Source of the DNA: Segatella copri
GTDB lineage: Bacteria > Bacteroidota > Bacteroidia > Bacteroidales > Bacteroidaceae
Reading direction: 5' to 3'
DNA: 64,000 nucleotides
Assembly (NCBI GenBank): GCA_021635485.1
Contig: JAJWOH010000002.1
Coordinates: 5,523-69,522, forward strand
How positions within the stretch are numbered: position 1 is the first letter of the stretch; every line of letters begins with the position of its first letter. Below, in pieces: positions 18,985 through 29,935 of the stretch. The notes below the pieces were generated by a model that had not been told where the DNA came from, searched no databases, and saw only the letters and a list, made by a program, of their open reading frames with translations. The position numbers and the translations under genes were made by a program.

Positions 18985-21621
18985 TTATTCGAAATCTACG
19001 TTGCCCGAATCGGTATCCTCTGCTTCAGATGCTTCGTCAGCGAGATGAGCCTCAGCCTCAGCAGCCTCTTCAGCAGTCTTGGCACCTACGGTATCATTCT
19101 CTATCTCCTCGCTCTTCTTAGCCCAGGCAGAACGGCTCTCCTCTTCTACAGAAGCCTCGAGCTCTGAACTCATCACCTTGCATACGCTGGCAATGACATC
19201 ATTCTTCTTGGCAAGATTGATGAGGCGTACACCCTGGGTAGCACGGCCCATGACACGGCAATCGGCTACGGCAAGACGAATTACGATACCACTCTGGTTG
19301 ATAATCATGAGGTCGTTATCATCGGTTACGTTCTTGATAGCTACCAGTCGACCAGTCTTGTCGGTAATATTCAGTGTCTTCACACCCTTACCGCCACGCT
19401 TGGTAACGCGGTAATCGAGTACATCAGAACGCTTACCATAACCCTGCTCGCTCACTACCATCACGGTTTCCTTCTCAGGATCGTTGACAACAATCATACC
19501 TACTACGGCATCATTACCCTCATCGAGGCGCATACCACGAACACCGGTAGATGTACGGCCCATTGTACGAATCTCGTTCTCAGCGAAACGTACTGCACGA
19601 CCATTGCGGTTGGCAATAATCAGTTCGTTATGACCATTTGTCAGACGAACATCTACCACCTCATCGCCCTCTACGATGTTGATAGCAATCACACCGTTGG
19701 CACGTGGACGGGAATATGCCTCCAGACAGGTCTTCTTCACCGTACCATTCTTGGTAGCGAAGACTACATAATGGTTGTTGATGAACTCAGCATCATTCAA
19801 TCCCTTCAAGCGGAGGAATGCATTCACCTGGTCATCGCTCTCGATGTTGAGGAGGTTCTGGATAGCACGACCCTTGGAGTTGCGGTCGCCCTCTGGAATC
19901 TCGTAACACTTCAACCAGTAGCAGCGGCCCTTCTTGGTGAAGAACAGCATGGTCTGGTGCATGGTAGCAGGATAGATATACTCGGTGAAGTCCTTATCAC
20001 GGGTACGGGCTCCCTTAGAACCTACTCCACCACGAGCCTGCTCACGGAACTCTGACAATGGGGTGCGCTTGATATATCCGAGATGACTCACGGTGATAAC
20101 CACTGGGTCGTTTGGATAGAAGTCTTCTGGGTTGAACTCATGGTCATCTGGCTTAATCATGGTACGACGTGCGTCACCATACTTCTCCTTCACCTCGTTG
20201 AGTTCGTCCTTCATTACCTTCTTGCAGAGCTCAGGATCGTTCAGAATCTGGTTCAAGTAGTCGATGGTCTTCATCAACTCATTGAATTCATTGTGCAACT
20301 GCTCCAGACGCAAGCCTGTCAACTGGCTGAGGCGCATATCCACGATGGCCTTACTCTGAAGTTCATCGAGTTCGAAGCGCTTCTCCAAGTTGCGCTGGGC
20401 ATCAGAAGGAGTCTTGCTGGCTCTGATAATATGTACCACCTCGTCGATGTTGTCACAGGCAATGATCAAGCCCTCGAGAATATGAGCACGCTCCTGAGCC
20501 TTCTTCAGTTCGAACTGAGTGCGGCGGATTGTAACATCATGACGATGCTCTACGAAATACTTCACACACTCCTTCAAGCTCAAAAGACGTGGACGGCCAT
20601 TAACAAGAGCAATGCAATTCACTGAGAATGAACTCTGAAGAGCAGTCAGCTTAAAGAGTTTATTCAAAAGAACATTAGCATTGGCATCACGCTTTACATC
20701 AACAACGATACGCATACCCTGACGGCCAGATTCATCGTTTACGTTAGCGATGCCATCTACTCTGCCTTCCTTGGCAAGGTCAGCAATAGCCATCACGAGC
20801 TGCTCCTTGTTAACACCATAAGGAATCTCGGTGATAACAATCTTGTCATGGTTTTCACCACTTTCAATCTCGGCAGTGGCACGAACCACGATTCTGCCTC
20901 GACCCGTTTCGTATGCATCCTTCACACCCTGTATACCATAGATGGTAGCACCGGTTGGGAAGTCAGGAGCAGGGATATACTGCATCAATCCATCGGTGTC
21001 GATGTCAGGATTATCGATATATGCACAGCAACCATCAATTACCTCACCCAGGTTGTGGGTAGGCATATTGGTAGCCATACCTACTGCAATACCGTTACCA
21101 CCATTTACCAGAAGATTAGGAATCTTGGTAGGCATCACGGTAGGTTCCTGCAGGGTATCATCGAAGTTGTTGGTCATATCAACCGTTTCCTTGTCAAGGT
21201 CATCCATGATATGCTCACCCATCTTGGAGAGGCGGCACTCTGTATAACGCATGGCAGCAGGAGAGTCACCATCTACAGAACCGAAGTTACCCTGTCCGTC
21301 AATCAAGGTATAACGCATGTTCCACTCCTGTCCCATACGCACCAGAGCGCCGTAAACAGAAGAGTCGCCGTGAGGGTGATACTTACCGAGCACCTCACCA
21401 ACAACACGCGCACATTTCTTATAAGGTTTGTCACTGGTGTTTCCAATGCCGAGCATACCGTAAAGAATACGGCGGTGCACAGGCTTGAAACCATCGCGTA
21501 CATCAGGGAGGGCACGAGCCACGATAACTGACATCGAATAATCGATGTAGCTCGACTTCATCTCCTCCTCAATGTTGATCTTCATGATTCTATCATGATC
21601 CATTGTCTGATTTTCGTCCAT
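18985..21621 (-). CDS. gyrA: DNA gyrase subunit A
   Basis: RALPDVRDG, YHPHGDS, AAMRYTE, GyrA box QARGGVG, acidic tail. Confidence 0.98.
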   Translation of the reverse strand: MDENQTMDHDRIMKINIEEEMKSSYIDYSMSVIVARALPDVRDGFKPVHRRILYGMLGIGNTSDKPYKKCARVVGEVLGKYHPHGDSSVYGALVRMGQEWNMRYTLIDGQGNFGSVDGDSPAAMRYTECRLSKMGEHIMDDLDKETVDMTNNFDDTLQEPTVMPTKIPNLLVNGGNGIAVGMATNMPTHNLGEVIDGCCAYIDNPDIDTDGLMQYIPAPDFPTGATIYGIQGVKDAYETGRGRIVVRATAEIESGENHDKIVITEIPYGVNKEQLVMAIADLAKEGRVDGIANVNDESGRQGMRIVVDVKRDANANVLLNKLFKLTALQSSFSVNCIALVNGRPRLLSLKECVKYFVEHRHDVTIRRTQFELKKAQERAHILEGLIIACDNIDEVVHIIRASKTPSDAQRNLEKRFELDELQSKAIVDMRLSQLTGLRLEQLHNEFNELMKTIDYLNQILNDPELCKKVMKDELNEVKEKYGDARRTMIKPDDHEFNPEDFYPNDPVVITVSHLGYIKRTPLSEFREQARGGVGSKGARTRDKDFTEYIYPATMHQTMLFFTKKGRCYWLKCYEIPEGDRNSKGRAIQNLLNIESDDQVNAFLRLKGLNDAEFINNHYVVFATKNGTVKKTCLEAYSRPRANGVIAINIVEGDEVVDVRLTNGHNELIIANRNGRAVRFAENEIRTMGRTSTGVRGMRLDEGNDAVVGMIVVNDPEKETVMVVSEQGYGKRSDVLDYRVTKRGGKGVKTLNITDKTGRLVAIKNVTDDNDLMIINQSGIVIRLAVADCRVMGRATQGVRLINLAKKNDVIASVCKVMSSELEASVEEESRSAWAKKSEEIENDTVGAKTAEEAAEAEAHLADEASEAEDTDSGNVDFE

Positions 21622-21742
21622 TTCTTATATTAATGTATTATTGTTTATTCGTTACTTTCAAAACGCCTGTTTTCCATCCGGAAATCGCGTTTAAGGGCAT
21701 TTCCTTGCGTTCTAAGCCGTTTTACCCTTTTGAAATTCCCGA

Positions 21743-21750
21743 CAAAGATA
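21743..21750 (-). promoter_or_regulatory. Bacteroidetes -7 promoter element for gyrA
   Basis: TATCTTTG on - strand upstream of gyrA. Confidence 0.6.
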
Positions 21751-21844
21751 CAAAAAAAAATGATACTAAAACGCTTTAGAGGCGAAAAATCGCATTATTT
21801 TAGCATTATTTGTATTTTAACAATGCAAAAAAGTTGGCATATCA

Positions 21845-21876
21845 TTTGCTATTTTTGAAAATAATGTGTACTTTTG
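21845..21876 (+). promoter_or_regulatory. Bacteroidetes sigma-A promoter for clpC
   Basis: TTTG (21845-21848), 20-nt spacer, TACTTTTG (21869-21876). Confidence 0.75.
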
Positions 21877-21906
21877 CACTGAGATTTTTTAAAAATATAA
21901 GCAAAT

Positions 21907-24585
21907 ATGATAAATCCGTTTTCACATATACAGGACATACTGAACAGAAGTAGCAAAGAAGCAGCACGCACCTTGGGAAGAGAAATCAGCGTGGAGCATC
22001 TGATGCTGAGTCTGATCAGCCAGAACGACAGCGATGTCAACAAGCTTCTGAAGGGCGCAGACATCAGTCCGATGGCTTTCAGCGGAGTCCTTAACAGCAA
22101 ACTGGAAAAGCGTGTGGAAGAAACTCCTGCCGATAACGTGAAGGAGAACAGTCACATCCCATTCAGCCAGATAACAGACAGCATTATCAGAGACTCTATC
22201 CGCGAGGCAAACAACTACGAGCACTCCAAGATTGTAGAGCCAAGACATCTGCTGCTTGCCATCTTGAGAAATGACAAGAACCCTGTAGCCAACTGGCTGA
22301 GTCAACTGGGCTTAAGCTACGACCGTGCCATCGAAATGCTCTATCCTACTGATAAGGATGATGAGCAGAAGACAGAAGAGCCGAAGGATTTCAAAATAGA
22401 ACCCCAAACACCAGATTCAGAAACCCCTGATGCTGACAGGCAGGAGGAAGCAGAGAATCTGGAGATGGCTGGTGGAATAGGAACAGAAGATGACTACAAC
22501 GAGCAGAACGACATGATGGAAACTGACGAAGAGCCATTCGATATGGAAAAGGACCAGAACCCGATGAGACTGTCTACCCGTTCAAATGGAACTCCGCGCA
22601 AAAAGAGCAGCACCCCTACCATCGACAAATTCAGTTTCGACCTGACCAAGGCTGCAGCCGATGGAAAACTGGATCCTGTCGTGGGCAGAGAGAAGGAGAT
22701 TCAGCGCGTGCTCGAGATTCTGGGTCGCAGAAAGAAGAACAACCCAGTATTGATAGGTGAACCGGGCGTAGGAAAGAGTGCCATCGTAGAAGGACTGGCA
22801 CAACTCATCAACAACCAGGAAACATCGCCTATGTTCTTCAACAAGCGTCTGGTAAGTCTCGACCTGACAGCCATCGTTGCAGGAACCAAATTCCGCGGAC
22901 AGTTTGAAGAGCGCATCAAGAATGTCATCAAGGAACTGGAAGACCATCCGGAGATCATCATCTTCATAGATGAGATTCACACCATGATAGGCGCCGGTTC
23001 CGGCGAAGGAAGCATGGATGCCGCCAACATTCTGAAACCAGCCCTGGCAAGAGGTATCATCCAGTGTATCGGTGCCACCACGCTCGATGAGTATCGCAAG
23101 AGCATTGAGAAGGACGGAGCCTTGGAGCGCCGTTTCCAGAAGGTTATCGTTGAACCAACTACACGCGAAGAGACCCTGCTGATACTGCACAACATCAAGG
23201 AACATTACGAGAAGCATCACTGTGTGAGATATACAGACGAGGCTCTCGACACATGTGTCAAACTGACAGAGCGCTATATCACCGACCGCCACTTCCCAGA
23301 CAAGGCTATCGACGTGATAGATGAAGCCGGCTCGCGCGTACATATTAATAATGCAAGTGTTCCTGCTCCATATATCAAGCTGGAAAAAGAACTGAAAAAG
23401 ATAATCAGCAAGAAGCAGCAGGCTGTAGCAAACCAGAACTTCGAGATGGCAGCCTCATGCAGAGATGCCCAGACCAAGATCGAGAAAGAGATTGAGGACA
23501 TGAAGGCGCAATGGCAGCAGGGAGAGATTGGCGAATATGTTGAGGTGACAGCCGAAGACATTGCCAACGTTATCAGCATGATGACCGGCGTACCGGCCCA
23601 ACGCATGGCAGAGGGTGAAAGCAAACGTCTGAAAGATCTGGAACACAACCTGAAGCACAAGGTGATTGCTCAGGATAATGCCATCAACAAGATGGTAAAG
23701 ACCATTCTGAGGAACCGTGTAGGCTTGCGCGACCCTAACCATCCTATAGGCGTATTCATGTTCCTGGGTCCTACAGGTGTAGGTAAGACCTATCTTGCCC
23801 AGAAACTTGCCGAGGAAATGTTTGGTTCGAAAGATTCACTCATCAGAATAGACATGAGCGAATTCTCCGAGAGTTTCAACACCTCACGTCTGGTAGGTGC
23901 ACCTCCAGGATACGTAGGCTATAACGAAGGTGGGCAGCTGACCGAAAAGGTACGCCGCAAACCATACAGCATCGTATTGCTCGACGAAATAGAGAAAGCC
24001 AACAGCAAGGTATTCAACCTGCTCTTACAGGTACTCGACGAAGGCAGACTCACCGATGGCAACGGCCGACTCATCGACTTCCGCAACACCATCATCATCA
24101 TGACCTCTAATGCAGGAACCCGCCAGCTGAAAGATTTCGGCAGAGGCGTTGGCTTTACTTCTGCAGGTATAAAAGGCGGATTGGCGATGGATGAAAAAGA
24201 CAAGGAGTATGCCCGCAGCATCGTCCAGAAGAGTCTGAGCAAGCAGTTTGCTCCAGAGTTTCTGAACCGTCTCGACGACATCATCACCTTCGACCAGTTG
24301 GATCTAAATGCCATCAAACGCATCATCGACCTCGACCTGGAAGGACTGGTCAAGAGAATAGAAGACTTGGGATTCCATTTCCAGATTACCGAAAAGGCAA
24401 AGGAGATGGTAGCTAAGAAGGGATACGATGTGCAGTTTGGTGCCCGCCCACTCCGCCGCGCCATCCAGACCTACATCGAAGATTCCGTTTGCGAGATGTT
24501 ACTCGATGGCACAATGAAGCCAGGCGACACCATCTCGGTAGGCAAAAATTCGAAAAAAGAAGAATTGACATTCAAGAAACTATAA
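21907..24585 (+). CDS. clpC: ATP-dependent Clp protease ATP-binding subunit (ClpC-type)
   Basis: Clp N-domain; two AAA modules ([16 protein letters not shown]); UVR-like middle coil; [10 protein letters not shown]. Confidence 0.93.
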   Translation: MINPFSHIQDILNRSSKEAARTLGREISVEHLMLSLISQNDSDVNKLLKGADISPMAFSGVLNSKLEKRVEETPADNVKENSHIPFSQITDSIIRDSIREANNYEHSKIVEPRHLLLAILRNDKNPVANWLSQLGLSYDRAIEMLYPTDKDDEQKTEEPKDFKIEPQTPDSETPDADRQEEAENLEMAGGIGTEDDYNEQNDMMETDEEPFDMEKDQNPMRLSTRSNGTPRKKSSTPTIDKFSFDLTKAAADGKLDPVVGREKEIQRVLEILGRRKKNNPVLIGEPGVGKSAIVEGLAQLINNQETSPMFFNKRLVSLDLTAIVAGTKFRGQFEERIKNVIKELEDHPEIIIFIDEIHTMIGAGSGEGSMDAANILKPALARGIIQCIGATTLDEYRKSIEKDGALERRFQKVIVEPTTREETLLILHNIKEHYEKHHCVRYTDEALDTCVKLTERYITDRHFPDKAIDVIDEAGSRVHINNASVPAPYIKLEKELKKIISKKQQAVANQNFEMAASCRDAQTKIEKEIEDMKAQWQQGEIGEYVEVTAEDIANVISMMTGVPAQRMAEGESKRLKDLEHNLKHKVIAQDNAINKMVKTILRNRVGLRDPNHPIGVFMFLGPTGVGKTYLAQKLAEEMFGSKDSLIRIDMSEFSESFNTSRLVGAPPGYVGYNEGGQLTEKVRRKPYSIVLLDEIEKANSKVFNLLLQVLDEGRLTDGNGRLIDFRNTIIIMTSNAGTRQLKDFGRGVGFTSAGIKGGLAMDEKDKEYARSIVQKSLSKQFAPEFLNRLDDIITFDQLDLNAIKRIIDLDLEGLVKRIEDLGFHFQITEKAKEMVAKKGYDVQFGARPLRRAIQTYIEDSVCEMLLDGTMKPGDTISVGKNSKKEELTFKKL

Positions 24586-24589
24586 TCAG

Positions 24590-24624
24590 AAGAGGGACTA
24601 TCCACTGGCGATAGTCCCTCTTTT
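24590..24624 (+). terminator. Intrinsic terminator after clpC
   Basis: AAGAGGGACTATC...GATAGTCCCTCTT TT. Confidence 0.85.
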
Positions 24625-24749
24625 ATTATGAACCCGGTATAGCAACCAACGAACTTTAGTTAATAAGAGTTAACCACGAGAAAAGTTTAGGCAATAATTT
24701 CTTATTTCAAAAAATATTCATTACCTTTGCATCTGCTTTCGGGCAAAAA

Positions 24750-24822
<73 letters not shown>

Positions 24823-24854
24823 CTTTCTTGTGAAAGGAGTTAGTATTTTCCTTC

Positions 24855-24925
24855 GCGAGATTAGCACATCGGTAGTGCACGGGCTTCCCAAGCCTGTGAG
24901 GCGGGTTCGACTCCCGTATCTCGCT
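24855..24925 (+). tRNA. tRNA-Gly (anticodon CCC)
   Basis: Acceptor GCGAGAT/ATCTCGC; anticodon arm CGGGC-TT CCC AA-GCCTG; T-loop GGTTCGACTCC. Confidence 0.95.
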
Positions 24926-24937
24926 CAGAACATCAGT

Positions 24938-24970
24938 AACCCAGGGTTGAACCCTGGGTTTCTTGTTTTT
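24938..24970 (+). terminator. Terminator after the tRNA pair
   Basis: AACCCAGGG-ttgaa-CCCTGGGTT then T-rich tail. Confidence 0.75.
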
Positions 24971-25054
24971 ATTAACATCTTTTCAGCCTTCTATAGCAAC
25001 AAAATCACTTTTTTCGAGTTATTATATAAATTAAACTAAGATAAAAGAATAATA

Positions 25055-27658
25055 ATGAAGAAACATATCATACTTGTACTGGCGCTCGTCCTGTCTTCAG
25101 GGCCTCTTTTCGCACAGAGTTCACACATGACCGATGATCAGGTCATGAGCTTTGTGGTGAAAGAACATGAGCGTGGCACAGCCAATTCTCAGATTGTTAC
25201 CAAACTGATGCAGAAGGGCGTAGACATCTCCCAGATTCGACGTGTACGCAATAAGTATCAGAAGATGTCGCAGCAGAACGAGCTCTACAGCACAACCGCT
25301 GCAGGAAATGCAGGCAACAAGAGAATGCGGACCAACAATGGTAAGCAAAGAGAAGATTACCAGGACAAGGACAAGGAGAAGCAGGCTTCAACCTATAGCA
25401 ATTATCGCATCCAGAGCAAGCAGAACGACAGCTACTACTCATCTTATGATGAAACCAACCCAGATTATGATGATTTCAGCAAGGAAATGAATGCCCTGGT
25501 ACCCGATACAGCTACCATGGTAAAACAGCTGCAGGCTGAGCTCAACCAGAAGCGCAGTAAGGTTTTCGGCCGTGACATCTTCAACAACAAAGACCTCAGT
25601 TTCGAGCCAAATATGAACATCGCTACCCCACAGAACTATCGTCTGGGACCTGGCGATGCGGTTATCATCGACATCTATGGCGCCTCTCAGAAAACCATCG
25701 AGAGCACCGTTTCGCCAGATGGTGAAGTAACCATCGAGGGTTATGGACCGGTCAGCGTTTCAGGCTTAACCGTAGCTCAGGCTAATGCCCGCCTGCGCAA
25801 TACCGTGGGCAGCAGATACCGTTCAAGCCGCATCAAGCTTACCGTAGGACAGACCAAGACCATCATGGTAAACGTAATGGGCGAGGTTAAGATTCCGGGC
25901 ACCTATACCCTCTCAGCCTTCGCTACCGTATTCCATGCACTCTACATGGCTGGCGGAACCAACGATCTGGGTACATTGCGAAACATCAAGGTATACAGAC
26001 ACAACAAACTGGTAACGGTTGTTGATATCTACGACTATATTCTAAACGGAAAGCTGACGGGTAATGTCCGCCTTGCCGACAACGATGTTATCGTAGTAGG
26101 TCCATACGATTGTCTCGTAACCATCGCCGGAAAGGTTAAGCGCCCGATGATTTACGAAATGAAGAAGAACGAGAGTGTCAATTCCCTTCTGAAGTATTCC
26201 GGTGGTTTTACAGGAGATGCTTACAAGAAATCAGTAAGACTGAACCGCAAGACCGGCAGAGAACGTGCCGTATATAATATAGAAGAGTTCGACTTCTCCA
26301 GTTTCCGTATCGATGACGGCGACTCAATCAGCGTAGACAGCATCCTGCCACGCTACGCCAACACCGTAGAGGTGAAAGGAGCCGTATTCCGTCCGGGCAT
26401 GTACAATCTCGGCGAAGAAATCAACAGCGTACGCACCCTTGTAGAGCATGCCGAAGGATTGACTGAGGAGGCATTCACCAACCGTGCCGTAATGCACCGC
26501 ATGAAGTCAGACCGCTCACTCGAAGTAGTAAGTGTAGACATTGCCGGCATCATGAACGGCAAGACTCCAGATATCCCATTGAAGGAAAACGATGTTCTCT
26601 TCATCCCTACCCGACAGGAAAAGATTGTAGAGCGCACCCTCACCATCCGGGGCGAAGTGCAGTATCCAGGCGTCTATCAATATGCCGACAATGAGACCCT
26701 CGAAGACTTCGTTCTTCAGGCAGGCGGCTTAACCGACAAGGCTTCAACCGTTAATGTAATGGTAAGCCGTAGAGTAATGGATGCCAAGGCTTTACGTCCA
26801 GATAGCGTTATCGCCAAGACCTACACCCTATCTCTTAAAGACGGCTTCGTTATCGACGGCACCCCTGGTTTCAAGCTGATGCCATTTGATGAAGTAATGA
26901 TCCGTCAGAGTCCGGCTTATGTTGAACAGCAGAACGTATCGATTACCGGTGAAGTGATGTTTGCCGGTCTCTATACATTAGACCGTCGCAACGCCCGCCT
27001 GAGTGAACTCTTCAAGAAGGCAGGTGGAGCTACCGACCAGGCATATCTCAAGGGAGCCCGCATCATCCGCAAAGCCAACGAACAAGAGAAGCAGCGCATG
27101 GAGGCAGTATTGAAGATGCAGCGCGAAGAGATACAGAAAAATCTTCTGCAACTAGCCTCCAGCAGCAACAATGCCAGTGCCATCTCGCAGTCCTCTAAGG
27201 ATGTAGAGCGTACCAACATAGAGAAGTTCAACGTACCTAGCGAATACCCTGTAGGTATCGATCTTCCTGAGGCATTGGCGAATCCAGGCAGCGATGCCGA
27301 CATCATCTTGCGCGAGGGCGACCGTCTGGTCATTCCTCAGTACAATGGTACGGTAAAGATCAATGGTGCCGTAATGTTTGCCAATACGGTAGCCTACGAA
27401 AAGGGCAAGAAGGCAAGCTATTACATCGATCAGGCAGGTGGTTTTGCCTCAGATGCATTAAAGAGCAAGGCATACATCATCTATATGAATGGCAAGGTAG
27501 CCAAGCTCTCTCATGGTGCCAAAGTGCAGCCAGGCAGCGAGATTGTCATCCCAGCCAAGCTGAAGCGCAAGATGAGTACCGCCGAAATGATGAGTATGGG
27601 AAGCAGCATGAGCAGCATCGCCGCCATGATTGCTACGATTGCTAATATGAGTAAGTAA
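25055..27658 (+). CDS. Polysaccharide export protein with multiple SLBB domains (Wza/KpsD-like)
   Basis: Signal peptide; YRLGPGD Poly_export motif; repeated V-x-G-E-V-x-x-P-G and AGG SLBB motifs. Confidence 0.9.
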   Translation: MKKHIILVLALVLSSGPLFAQSSHMTDDQVMSFVVKEHERGTANSQIVTKLMQKGVDISQIRRVRNKYQKMSQQNELYSTTAAGNAGNKRMRTNNGKQREDYQDKDKEKQASTYSNYRIQSKQNDSYYSSYDETNPDYDDFSKEMNALVPDTATMVKQLQAELNQKRSKVFGRDIFNNKDLSFEPNMNIATPQNYRLGPGDAVIIDIYGASQKTIESTVSPDGEVTIEGYGPVSVSGLTVAQANARLRNTVGSRYRSSRIKLTVGQTKTIMVNVMGEVKIPGTYTLSAFATVFHALYMAGGTNDLGTLRNIKVYRHNKLVTVVDIYDYILNGKLTGNVRLADNDVIVVGPYDCLVTIAGKVKRPMIYEMKKNESVNSLLKYSGGFTGDAYKKSVRLNRKTGRERAVYNIEEFDFSSFRIDDGDSISVDSILPRYANTVEVKGAVFRPGMYNLGEEINSVRTLVEHAEGLTEEAFTNRAVMHRMKSDRSLEVVSVDIAGIMNGKTPDIPLKENDVLFIPTRQEKIVERTLTIRGEVQYPGVYQYADNETLEDFVLQAGGLTDKASTVNVMVSRRVMDAKALRPDSVIAKTYTLSLKDGFVIDGTPGFKLMPFDEVMIRQSPAYVEQQNVSITGEVMFAGLYTLDRRNARLSELFKKAGGATDQAYLKGARIIRKANEQEKQRMEAVLKMQREEIQKNLLQLASSSNNASAISQSSKDVERTNIEKFNVPSEYPVGIDLPEALANPGSDADIILREGDRLVIPQYNGTVKINGAVMFANTVAYEKGKKASYYIDQAGGFASDALKSKAYIIYMNGKVAKLSHGAKVQPGSEIVIPAKLKRKMSTAEMMSMGSSMSSIAAMIATIANMSK

Positions 27659-27740
27659 AGAACATCCGTCGTTGCAATCTCAGATTTGACAGGCATGTCA
27701 GAAGAAGTAAAAAGGTACAAATAATAAATACCCTCAACTT

Positions 27741-27785
27741 AATAAGCATGTATGGCTAATCTTCATTACCCCATACATGCTTATT
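27741..27785. terminator. 15-bp inverted repeat hairpin after the export gene
   Basis: AATAAGCATGTATGG (27741-27755) / CCATACATGCTTATT (27771-27785). Confidence 0.7.
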
Positions 27786-27856
27786 CCCTTTCATCCCCCC
27801 TATTCCCCATTATTTTTCCATTTCCTTCACATTTTAGACAATAAAACCGAGAAAAG

Positions 27857-27888
27857 TTTGTTTATATAAAAAAAAAGTAGTAATTTTG
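27857..27888 (+). promoter_or_regulatory. Sigma-A promoter of the polysaccharide synthesis operon
   Basis: TTTG (27857-27860), 20-nt spacer containing A9, TAATTTTG (27881-27888). Confidence 0.75.
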
Positions 27889-27985
27889 CAAGTGTTTACA
27901 TACTTATTAATTTAAGTGTGTCAAAATTGTGATTAGGTTTTATAACACCTTTCACATAATCAAAAATTAATGAAAGTAAATAGAA

Positions 27986-29026
27986 ATGGAACAGAACGAA
28001 AACAAGACGCAAGTTATAGATTTAAAAAAGATAGTAAAAAGAGTCATGGAGCATAAATTAAGTTTTGCTTTGACTTTGATTATTAGCTTTACTATTTCTT
28101 GTCTCTACATTATAACCATACCCCGCTATTATTCAACAGATACCCAGTTGGCACCAGAGATAGAAAGTTCTATGGAAACAAGCACATTAGGGTCACTTGC
28201 ATCATCCTTTGGATTTGATATGAGCAAGATGAATTCACAAGATGCAATTACCCCATTATTATATCCGGAATTAATGAAGGACAACAAATTTGTCTATTCA
28301 TTCTTCCCGATAAAAGTAAAATCCCAAGACGGCAAAATTGAGACAAAATACTTTGAATATTTGAGTAAATATCAAAAAATGCCAACACTTTACACTTTGT
28401 TTTCTAAGAAAAAGGACACAAAGAATATGGATTTCCCGAATGCGAAAACTAATCCATATGCATTGAATGAAGAACAAACAAAAATTATAGATCAAATTAG
28501 AGAAGATGTAAAAGTTTCCGTCGACTCAAAAACTGGAGTAATAACAATAAAGACGACATCTCAAGATCCGCTGATTTGCAAAACTTTAGCAGACTCTATT
28601 CGAGGCATTTTGCAACGTTATATTACAGCTTACAGAACAAATAAAGCACGAGCTGACGTTGCATACTATAAGAAGCTAGCACTCGATGCAAAAAGCTCCT
28701 ATGAGAAATCAAGACAGCTATATGGAAGCTACGCAGATGCTAACACGGAAGTTGTCTTGGAAAGTTTTCGATCAAAGCAAGAAGACTTAGAGAATGATAT
28801 GCAATTAAAATACAATACATATAGCCAACTTAACCAGCAATTGCAATCAGCAATGACAAAGCTAAGAGAGAAAACACCTGCCTTCACGATATTAAAGGGA
28901 GCAGAAGTTCCTATCAAGCCAGCAGGTCCTAAACGTATGATATTTGTATTAGCAATAACAATATTATCATTGTTCGTGTATACATTAATCATTTTACGCA
29001 AAGACATATCTAAATTATTTGTCTAA
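27986..29026 (+). CDS. wzz: Chain-length determinant (Wzz-like polysaccharide co-polymerase)
   Basis: N- and C-terminal TM helices, coiled-coil periplasmic part, P-x-x-P-x-G-P-K-R motif before TM2. Confidence 0.85.
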   Translation: MEQNENKTQVIDLKKIVKRVMEHKLSFALTLIISFTISCLYIITIPRYYSTDTQLAPEIESSMETSTLGSLASSFGFDMSKMNSQDAITPLLYPELMKDNKFVYSFFPIKVKSQDGKIETKYFEYLSKYQKMPTLYTLFSKKKDTKNMDFPNAKTNPYALNEEQTKIIDQIREDVKVSVDSKTGVITIKTTSQDPLICKTLADSIRGILQRYITAYRTNKARADVAYYKKLALDAKSSYEKSRQLYGSYADANTEVVLESFRSKQEDLENDMQLKYNTYSQLNQQLQSAMTKLREKTPAFTILKGAEVPIKPAGPKRMIFVLAITILSLFVYTLIILRKDISKLFV

Positions 29027-29029
29027 ATT

Positions 29030-29935
29030 ATGGAACAAGAATTGAGTTTTATAACGAGATTAGGAATTGTCTTCAAACAATTGACAGGTGTACAAGACAT
29101 ATCGGCATTGAGAAAAAATATCAAGAAAGTCATTGGCAAAGTAATATATCACAAAAAATATACTTCTTCAGATATCATAACTGTCATGAAAGAGATGGGG
29201 ATGAAAAAAGGATCAGTAGTATGTATCCACGCTGCAATGAAGGAGTTTTATAATTATCAAGGCACAGCAACAGAACTTATAGACCAAATTTTGGAAACGA
29301 TTACAGAAGAAGGAACATTACTGATGCCAGCTTTTCCAAAAAGCGAACATATACTTGATACAAACTTTATCTTTGATGTAACTAACACTCCAACAGCAGC
29401 AGGATATTTGGCTGAAACATTCCGAAAATATCCTGGAGTACTTAGGAGTATAAATACTCAACATTCTGTATGTGCTATTGGAAAGTATGCCGAATGGCTA
29501 ACAAAAGATCACCATAAATGCGGAAATTGCTGGGACGAAGAATCCCCATGGTATCGAATGACACAACTTAATGCCCTTGTTTTCAATTTCGGTTTGCCGA
29601 AACATTACATCGGAACATTTTCCCATTGTGTCGAAGCTTTACTATGGAAAGAGCATCCCTATTGGAAACAATTCTTTCGTCTAAAATTCACGTTTAAATA
29701 TCGTACTAAGGAAGGCGAATTAGGTGAATACACATGCCATACCTGCAACATTGAACGACGTACAAGAGAAAGTGTATTAACAAAACATCTTACGCAACAC
29801 ATGCATCAAAAGCGTCTTTCTAACTTACTGGTAAGTGAGTATGACTCAAAAGAATGTTTGCGGGAAATGCTAGATTTAGGCAGAAAAGGAATAACGATGT
29901 ATTATATACCATCAACGAGTAAATACAAATTTTGA
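29030..29935 (+). CDS. AAC(3)-family (aminoglycoside N3-acetyltransferase-like) acetyltransferase
   Basis: VCIHAA, GTLLMPAF, GYLAETFRKYPGVLRS, HSVCAIGK, SPW, TFSHCVE motifs. Confidence 0.8.
   Translation: MEQELSFITRLGIVFKQLTGVQDISALRKNIKKVIGKVIYHKKYTSSDIITVMKEMGMKKGSVVCIHAAMKEFYNYQGTATELIDQILETITEEGTLLMPAFPKSEHILDTNFIFDVTNTPTAAGYLAETFRKYPGVLRSINTQHSVCAIGKYAEWLTKDHHKCGNCWDEESPWYRMTQLNALVFNFGLPKHYIGTFSHCVEALLWKEHPYWKQFFRLKFTFKYRTKEGELGEYTCHTCNIERRTRESVLTKHLTQHMHQKRLSNLLVSEYDSKECLREMLDLGRKGITMYYIPSTSKYKF

Noticed and set aside
29030..29935. Acquired aminoglycoside resistance gene
   Set aside because: Translationally embedded in a glycan operon with no mobile-element context; treated as a biosynthetic homolog
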